Shown here piece after piece: positions 58,598-64,000 of a DNA stretch of 64,000 nt. The translations under genes and the position numbers were made by a program. Numbering within the stretch: the stretch's first letter is position 1; each line of letters begins with the position of its first letter. The DNA lies in contig CAWDUI010000012.1 in assembly GCA_963805445.1 (NCBI GenBank), positions 391,454 through 455,453 of the forward strand. Reading direction: 5' to 3'. The notes beneath the pieces were generated by a model. The model worked only from the letters and a program-made list of their open reading frames with translations, did no database searches and was not told the DNA's origin. Source of the DNA: Ilumatobacteraceae bacterium. GTDB taxonomy: Bacteria > Actinomycetota > Acidimicrobiia > Acidimicrobiales > Ilumatobacteraceae.

Positions 58598-59227
58598 CTA
58601 GGAGGACCGAAGTTCGGCCTCCCATGCTGAGAATGTCGCTAGGAGCCGCGCATAGGCATCATCGGACAGCGATGGGAACTCATCGGCACGGTCATATGTC
58701 GGTAGGACACGGAACGCGTCGGCCAGGACGTCAGGCGAAAATCCTCCGTCCTTGGCCGCTGCCAAGCGGAGCATCTCCTCTCGCGAGAAATGCTCCAGCA
58801 ACGCGGAGACGTCTACGAAGTCACGCGACGCTGCGCGAGCGAAGAGCGCGAGCAGCTTGTCACCGGCTAGATCGGCGAGACTGCGCACCGGACCCACGCT
58901 CGTGAGCACTGCCGCGTTGGTCGCCGGATCGAAGCCAAGGTCCACCTGTGTGCGCTCGGATCCATCGACGACGACCAGCTTCGCAAAGCCATTCGCCATC
59001 ACCACGACGTCAACATCGAATCCTGCGGCCGTGAGCGCAGCGATCGCCGCAGGAGCGAGATCGTCAACGGCCGCAACCGATGGACCGAAACAATCGATGT
59101 CGTTCGTGCCGCGATCGGTGACCTCGTGGACGAGCAAAGCCGCCCCGCCAGCGAGCGCGAAACCCGCCGCCTCGGGTAGTTGCAAGATGATGGTGGCGCA
59201 GCGACGTTGAAGGTCAGACAGCGGCAT
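58598..59227 (-). CDS. nucleotidyltransferase toxin, AbiEii/AbiGii (DUF1814)-like
   Basis: The product is MPLSDLQRRCATIILQLPEAAGFALAGGAALLVHEVTDRGTNDIDCF... The start overlaps the upstream ORF by 14 nt. Confidence 0.6.
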   Translation of the reverse strand: MPLSDLQRRCATIILQLPEAAGFALAGGAALLVHEVTDRGTNDIDCFGPSVAAVDDLAPAAIAALTAAGFDVDVVVMANGFAKLVVVDGSERTQVDLGFDPATNAAVLTSVGPVRSLADLAGDKLLALFARAASRDFVDVSALLEHFSREEMLRLAAAKDGGFSPDVLADAFRVLPTYDRADEFPSLSDDAYARLLATFSAWEAELRSS

Positions 59228-59555
59228 ATCGGTGCGCCTGCACCCAGCCATCCCAGGCTTCGTGCACAGCCTGAGAGAGCCAGAGCTCGTCCCACACGGT
59301 CAGCAATAGGTCTCGGTTGACGAAGGCAACAACATCCGCAGTCGCGCCCTCGGTGAGCACGATCTGATACATCGACCTCAGACGTGCACGCTTCGACAGA
59401 TCGAATCGATTGTTGTCGTCGCTCCAGTAGAGGTGGAACGGGAGCTCGACAACTCCCCCGGTCGGACCTGACGTCGCCTCCCAGTGCGCGGGAGGCTCAC
59501 TCGATCGCCATCGGCTCGTCGGCCGCGGATCGCGTGTTGCTGAGGTCATCGACAA
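59214..59555 (-). CDS. putative cognate antitoxin/partner of the nucleotidyltransferase
   Basis: A 113-aa ORF, translationally coupled to the NTase gene. The family is not firmly recognised. Confidence 0.45.
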   Translation of the reverse strand: MSMTSATRDPRPTSRWRSSEPPAHWEATSGPTGGVVELPFHLYWSDDNNRFDLSKRARLRSMYQIVLTEGATADVVAFVNRDLLLTVWDELWLSQAVHEAWDGWVQAHRYAAV

Positions 59556-59604
59556 AACGCTACCCCACGAGCTTCCGAGAACGCATCGGTACGGTGTCGG
59601 GAGA

Positions 59605-60726
59605 TCAACGGGCGCCGAAGTCGCCCGTCACGACAACTCGCGCGCGGCGCGCCGTGGCTTCATCGAACGAGCGACCGAACGCCTCGGCGATCGCCTCGTC
59701 CAGCTCGGGGAACAGGTGGCCATAACGGTCGAGTGTCACGTTGATCGACGAGTGACCCATCCTTGACTGGATCGCCTTCGGGTGAGCGCCGGCCGCAATG
59801 GCGAGCGCCACACTCGTGTGTCGGAGGTCGTGGAAACGGCATGACACTCCGGCCGCTACCTGTGCCTTGGAGAAGTGATGCGTCAGGAAGCTCGAGGCCG
59901 ACAGCGGATTGCCCGCGGCGTTGGCGAACACCAAGGCATCTGGACCCGGCTGCGCGAACGACTCGAGGTGGGCAGCCAAGATCGAGGCGGTGAATGGCGA
60001 GATGGTGATCGAGCGCACACTGGCTGCTGTCTTCGGCTCCTTCCGGAGGAACGACCGGTCCTCGAGCTGAACCAGCTGCTCGGTCACTCGGATCTTCCGA
60101 TTCTTGAGGTCGACCTTGCCGCGCCGCAGCCCCACCAATTCGCTCCAACGCATGCCAGTATCGACGGCGACGTAGATCAGTGCCCGGTATCGCTCGTTGT
60201 GGGCTTCGACGAGTCGGATCACCTGGTCCCAATCGAGGAACGTCATCTCCCGCTTCGGGACACGCGGTGGGTCGACGCGCTCGCACGGGTTGGTCAGGAT
60301 CTTCTGCTTCTGAACCGCGACCTGCAGCATGCGGCGAAGCGTTCGGTAGTGACGGTGGACCGACGACGGGGCGATGCCCGCGGCGATCTCGTCGTTCAAC
60401 CAGTTCTCGATCTCGTCGGCCGGCAACTGGCCCAGTCGATATGCACCGAATCGCGGCAACACGTACTTGTCGAGGTCACGGCGATAGGTCTCCTGCGTCG
60501 TCGGCGAGAGTCGTCGGCACAGCGACAGGAACTCCTCCGCCCATGCCGCGAGCGGGGTGTCCGCATTGCGGGGATCGACCCACTGGCCGCGAACTTTGTC
60601 GGCGTCGATCTGGCGCAAGAACCTCTCGGCGTCGGCCTTGCGTGCGAAGGTGCGCGATTGGATCTTTCCGAGCGGGTCCGAGAAGCGAGCTCGGTACTTG
60701 TTGCGTTGCTTCTCGATGTGAGCCAC
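59605..60726 (-). CDS. int: tyrosine-type site-specific integrase
   Basis: The catalytic-domain signatures ...FHDLRHTSVALAIAAGAHPKAIQSRMGHSSINVTLDRYGHL are present. It lies adjacent to tRNA-Cys. Confidence 0.9.
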   Translation of the reverse strand: MAHIEKQRNKYRARFSDPLGKIQSRTFARKADAERFLRQIDADKVRGQWVDPRNADTPLAAWAEEFLSLCRRLSPTTQETYRRDLDKYVLPRFGAYRLGQLPADEIENWLNDEIAAGIAPSSVHRHYRTLRRMLQVAVQKQKILTNPCERVDPPRVPKREMTFLDWDQVIRLVEAHNERYRALIYVAVDTGMRWSELVGLRRGKVDLKNRKIRVTEQLVQLEDRSFLRKEPKTAASVRSITISPFTASILAAHLESFAQPGPDALVFANAAGNPLSASSFLTHHFSKAQVAAGVSCRFHDLRHTSVALAIAAGAHPKAIQSRMGHSSINVTLDRYGHLFPELDEAIAEAFGRSFDEATARRARVVVTGDFGAR

Positions 60727-60803
60727 TCGGTGCCTCCAATGCCGTGCGAGGGGTGAGCGAGGGGTGGGACTAGCGCGAAATAATGGTTATCAGACGTTCT
60801 TGA

Positions 60804-60830
60804 CGGTCACTCGCGGTCACTGCCGGTCAC
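60804..60830. repeat. three CGGTCAC repeats at exact 10-bp spacing (candidate integrase arm-type sites)
   Basis: The sequence is CGGTCAC-TCG-CGGTCAC-TGC-CGGTCAC, between the integrase start and the tRNA-proximal att repeat. Confidence 0.5.
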
Positions 60831-60859
60831 AACGAAAAGAACCTCTGACCTGGCACAAT

Positions 60860-60920
60860 ACCACGTCAGAGGTTGAGAGGCGACGATGGGAATCGAACCC
60901 ATGTACAGGGCTTTGCAGGC
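60860..60920. repeat. island attachment-site direct repeat, tRNA-proximal copy
   Basis: It matches 49272..49332 at 60 of 61 positions. It covers tRNA-Cys from the anticodon stem to the 3' end plus 18 nt downstream. Confidence 0.9.
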
Positions 60921-60949
60921 CCTTGCCTGAACCACTCGGCCACGTCGCC
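60878..60949 (-). tRNA. tRNA-Cys: tRNA-Cys (anticodon GCA)
   Basis: Hand-folded as acceptor GGCGACG/CGTCGCC, anticodon arm AGGGC-CTGCAAA-GCCCT and T arm ATGGG-TTCGATT-CCCAT. The discriminator is U, and CCA is not encoded. Confidence 0.85.
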
Positions 60950-60990
60950 GTGCCAGGGGCCACGTGTGCCGCGACCCAGGACAAGACCAC

Positions 60991-61362
60991 TCACGATACC
61001 GCCTTGGCCTCGGCAGCCACGAGAATTCGGAACGCGGTGTAGCCCAACTCGGGATCATCGAGGATCCGCCGGGCCTCGTTCTTCGGATCATTGAGGACGG
61101 CCACAGCCCGAAGTCGTTGAAGATCCTTGGCGGTCATGTGAGTCCGCACGTCTCGCGGGTCGGTGACGATCGAACAGAGGAAGGCGACATCGCGTAGGTG
61201 GCGTTTGGCATGCGGATCGTTGTGAACCGCTGCGGCCTTGATCACGATTGCTCCGAGCAGGCTTGGTCTCGGCACGCGGACAACGCGATCACCGTGACGA
61301 ATTGGAACCTGTTCGGCCCACTGCAACGCCTGAGTTCCGCCGCGCACTTCGATGGTCGTCAC
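60991..61362 (-). CDS. hypothetical protein (123 aa)
   Basis: A GC3-rich ORF, MTTIEVRGGTQALQWAEQVPIRHGDRVVRVPRPSLLGAIVIKAAAVHND... There is no family call. Confidence 0.45.
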   Translation of the reverse strand: MTTIEVRGGTQALQWAEQVPIRHGDRVVRVPRPSLLGAIVIKAAAVHNDPHAKRHLRDVAFLCSIVTDPRDVRTHMTAKDLQRLRAVAVLNDPKNEARRILDDPELGYTAFRILVAAEAKAVS

Positions 61363-61614
61363 AGCGCCCGTTGTGCGCAGGTCAGACCGGCCACCGAGTC
61401 GATCGGGACCGACATGGGCACTCCTAGCGCGACAACGCGTGATAAGTGTATCTGGACAGAACTAGCGCGTTGACGCGCCAGTTCTGACCCACAACCGTCC
61501 CCGGCGCGCGCAGGTCCTAGTGAAGGGTCGTCCGATGAGAGCAGTCTGGCGACGTCGGTGTAGACCGTCTTGTTGTGCTCGCGGCGAACTCGATCCCGGT
61601 CGACGGCGTTCTGA

Positions 61615-62208
61615 ATGGCTGACGCCGATCCAACCCGTGGACGGCTTTCGCCCCGAGGTCCAGCTCGACTCGACGAGTCGGCCCGGGCCGTGTACGACCG
61701 GATCATCGCTAGCAGGTCTCAGGGGCGCGTCTCACCTTTCGCGCTCGTCGACGCCGACGGTGCACTCGTCGGACCGTTCAATGCGATGGTCTGTGCGCCG
61801 CACGTCGGTGGACCACTGGCCGACTTGGGAGCGGCGCTGCGATATCGAGGTCATCTCCCGGACCGAGCTCGGGAGCTGTCGATCCTCACGGTGGCGGCGA
61901 AGCGAAACAGTGACTTCGAATGGCAGAGCCACTACCGAATTGCGACGAACCTCGGGATTGCCGACGACATCCTTGCTGCCATTCACGGCGGTGCAGATCC
62001 GTTGACCTTGACGGATCCGATCGAGCGCGCCGTCGTCGCCGGTGCTGCCAGCCTGCTCGACGGCAGCGAGCTGGACGACGTCGAGTACGCCGAACTGGTC
62101 GAGCTCATCGGCGAGGACGGCTTGATCGAACTGCTTGTGCTGGTCGGCTATTACGAATTGCTCGCCCGCCTGCTGAGCGTGCTCAGAGTGCCGGCGTCAA
62201 CAGACTGA
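61615..62208 (+). CDS. carboxymuconolactone decarboxylase (AhpD-like) family protein, paralogue B
   Basis: 197 aa, colinear with 24486..25079 (MADxDxxRGRLxPRxPxRLDxSARAVYDxIxASRS...). Confidence 0.7.
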   Translation: MADADPTRGRLSPRGPARLDESARAVYDRIIASRSQGRVSPFALVDADGALVGPFNAMVCAPHVGGPLADLGAALRYRGHLPDRARELSILTVAAKRNSDFEWQSHYRIATNLGIADDILAAIHGGADPLTLTDPIERAVVAGAASLLDGSELDDVEYAELVELIGEDGLIELLVLVGYYELLARLLSVLRVPASTD

Positions 62209-62337
62209 CCGCGCAACCGCTTCCGACGGGCGGGGCGGCACCTTGGCTCGCCTCGGTTTCACCCGTAACGAGGCCCACGCCAGGGGTGTTCGGAGGGTTG
62301 ACGTTGCCAGCGCCACAATCGGGTCTAGCCTGATGCC

Positions 62338-62556
62338 ATGTTCTCGATGCTCGAAGGCCCCGACATCATCGTGGTTCTTGTTGTGGTGCTCGTACTGTTC
62401 GGTGGATCGCAGCTTCCCAAGCTGGCCAGAAACCTTGGCCAGGCGCAGAAGGAGTTCCAGAAGGGTCTGGCCGACGGCAACAAGGACAAGGACAAGCCTT
62501 CACCTTCTGCTGACAAGCCCGCCACCAACCCTCCAGAAGAGTCGCAAGCACCCTGA
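62338..62556 (+). CDS. tatA: twin-arginine translocase subunit TatA/E
   Basis: A single TM helix is followed by the amphipathic helix GGSQLPKLARNLGQAQKEFQKGL and a Lys/Asp/Pro-rich tail. Confidence 0.8.
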   Translation: MFSMLEGPDIIVVLVVVLVLFGGSQLPKLARNLGQAQKEFQKGLADGNKDKDKPSPSADKPATNPPEESQAP

Positions 62557-62685
62557 CGGCCGCGGATCATGCTGTCGGGCGTTGGTGACTGCCGACGCTG
62601 TGATCCTCGATGTCACCGCCACCGACCCGACTGCGAGCGCCGCCATCCCGACCTGAGAGTTGTCGCGGTGGCTGTCCGAGCGTCG

Positions 62686-63177
62686 CTAGAGCATCGGGCG
62701 GCGAGTCGATGAGATCACACCGGTGTCGAAGCCGGCCAGGTGAAGACCTCCGCAGAACCGGGCGTGCTCGATCTTGAGGCACCGGTTCATCACTGCTGTG
62801 CGTCCGGCGTTGGTGACGATCTCGACGGCCTCGGCGGAGTACAGCCCGAGTTGCGCCCAGAACGTACGCGTGCCCGGGATGGCGATGAACTCCTCGGCGA
62901 CAACGGGTAGTTGATCAACTCGACGAAAGACATCGACCAGATCCGGCACGCCGGGCAACTGGGCGAGCGACGGGTAGACGGGGCGGCCGAGGATCTCGCC
63001 GCCTTTCGGGTTGACGAACCAGACGTTCTCGAACGAGCAGCTCGACGACAACAGGTAGGTAGCCACGAAATAGCTGGCGCGGCCGGGGTCGGCCGACATC
63101 CCCACGATCGCCACGGACTTGGCGTTGCTGATGATCTCCAGCCGCTCGGCTGCCGTCGGGTTGTGCCACGCGCTCAT
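62686..63177 (-). CDS. CoA-binding domain protein
   Basis: ATG 63177 overlaps the upstream stop (ATGA). The motif is KSVAIVGMSADPGRASYFVATYL. Confidence 0.7.
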   Translation of the reverse strand: MSAWHNPTAAERLEIISNAKSVAIVGMSADPGRASYFVATYLLSSSCSFENVWFVNPKGGEILGRPVYPSLAQLPGVPDLVDVFRRVDQLPVVAEEFIAIPGTRTFWAQLGLYSAEAVEIVTNAGRTAVMNRCLKIEHARFCGGLHLAGFDTGVISSTRRPML

Positions 63178-64000
63178 CAATCGACCTTCGCTGCCTTCTG
63201 AAGAGCCTGTTCGATGTCCCAGATGATGTCGTCGGCATCTTCGATTCCCACCGAGATGCGGATGAGGTCGGGCGTGACACCGCCCGCCTCGAGGGCTGCA
63301 TCGGAGAGCTGGCGATGCGTAGTGCTCGCCGGATGGATGACAAGCGTGCGTGTGTCGCCGATGTTGGCGAGGTGGCTGCACATCTCCAGCGCCTCGATGA
63401 AGGCGCGCCCGGCGGATCGACCACCTTTCACTCCGAAGGAGAACACCGCGCCGGGGCCGAGCGGCAGATAGCGCGCCGCGCGTTCGTGATGGGGGTGATC
63501 TCCAAGACCTGCCCAACGTACCCACGAAACGCCGGCATTCCGGCACAACGCGTCGGCGACCCTCCGGGCGTTGGCAAGATGGGCGTCCATCCGCTGCGGC
63601 AACGTCTCGACGCCTTGCAGCAGGAGAAAAGCGTTGAACGGCGACAGCGTTGGACCCACGTCGCGAAGTTGCTCGGCGCGCAGCCGAGTACAAAAGGCGA
63701 ACTCGCCGAAGTTGTCCCACCACGTGAGGTTGCCGTACGAAGGCACTTGCTCGGTCATGCGGGGGAAGTTTCCGTTGCCCCAATCGAACCGCCCTGATTC
63801 GACCACGACCCCGCCGAGCGAGGTCCCGTGGCCCCCGAGGAACTTCGTCGCCGAGTGCACCACGATGTCAGCACCCCAGTCCAGCGGCCGGCACAGGTAC
63901 GGGGTCGCCACCGTCGAGTCGACCACCAGCGGGATCTTGCTGTCGTGGGCAACCTCGGCCAGGCCTTCGAGATCCGCAACAGCGCCCGACGGGTTGGCGA
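63177..64000 (-). CDS. PLP-dependent O-acetylhomoserine/O-succinylhomoserine sulfhydrylase family enzyme, C-terminal part (continues beyond the window)
   Basis: The PLP-lysine motif is VVHSATKFLGGHG, with ...HPASTTHRQL... The frame is open to the window edge. Confidence 0.75.
   Translation of the reverse strand, partial: ANPSGAVADLEGLAEVAHDSKIPLVVDSTVATPYLCRPLDWGADIVVHSATKFLGGHGTSLGGVVVESGRFDWGNGNFPRMTEQVPSYGNLTWWDNFGEFAFCTRLRAEQLRDVGPTLSPFNAFLLLQGVETLPQRMDAHLANARRVADALCRNAGVSWVRWAGLGDHPHHERAARYLPLGPGAVFSFGVKGGRSAGRAFIEALEMCSHLANIGDTRTLVIHPASTTHRQLSDAALEAGGVTPDLIRISVGIEDADDIIWDIEQALQKAAKVD

Larger units (their letters stand above)
49272..60920. mobile_element. about 11.6-kb integrase-bearing genomic island integrated into tRNA-Cys(GCA)
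   Basis: It is bounded by 61-bp direct repeats. A tyrosine integrase and xis sit at the tRNA-proximal end. The cargo includes TA-type and HEPN-motif genes. No replication or conjugation genes were seen. Confidence 0.85.

Overview
This is a high-GC, actinobacterial-type chromosome segment, judged from F420-dependent enzymes, an MMPL transporter, SARP and LuxR STAND regulators, and mycobacterial-style toxin-antitoxin pairs. From 1 to 25 kb the content is mostly core or catabolic. It holds the phoH-ybeY-corC operon, an EF-G paralogue, F420-type oxidoreductases, and a cupin / HpcH-aldolase / FAD-oxidoreductase set beside a Liv-type ABC importer. From 25 to 48 kb the content is accessory: an MMPL transporter, a badly decayed SARP regulator, and small regulator/enzyme pairs. 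This part also holds the most unusual locus, a tight four-gene minus-strand operon at 35.3-40.3 kb. That operon encodes a signal-peptide-less S8 protease whose C-terminus is an 86-aa P-[IV]-X triplet repeat, a B12-binding radical SAM enzyme of the RiPP C-methyltransferase type, a stand-alone copy of the protease N-domain, and a 2OG-Fe(II)-oxygenase-like protein. A large LuxR-type regulator lies next to it. I read the operon as a possible leaderless, protease-tethered peptide-modification system, which is a hypothesis and not shown. From 49.27 to 60.92 kb lies an 11.6-kb integrase island inserted in tRNA-Cys(GCA), bounded by 61-bp direct repeats. The island carries xis, an AbiE-like TA pair, a 420-aa protein with a HEPN-like RNxxxH motif, and a family of about 22-bp repeats (core CTGCCGATC, 9 copies) at ORF 3' ends. 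A further striking property is that at least 11 genes are interrupted (20 frame changes plus one in-frame TGA), while several 2-2.7 kb ORFs remain intact. No rRNA genes or CRISPR arrays were seen. All family calls come from motif recognition by eye, and no searches were run.
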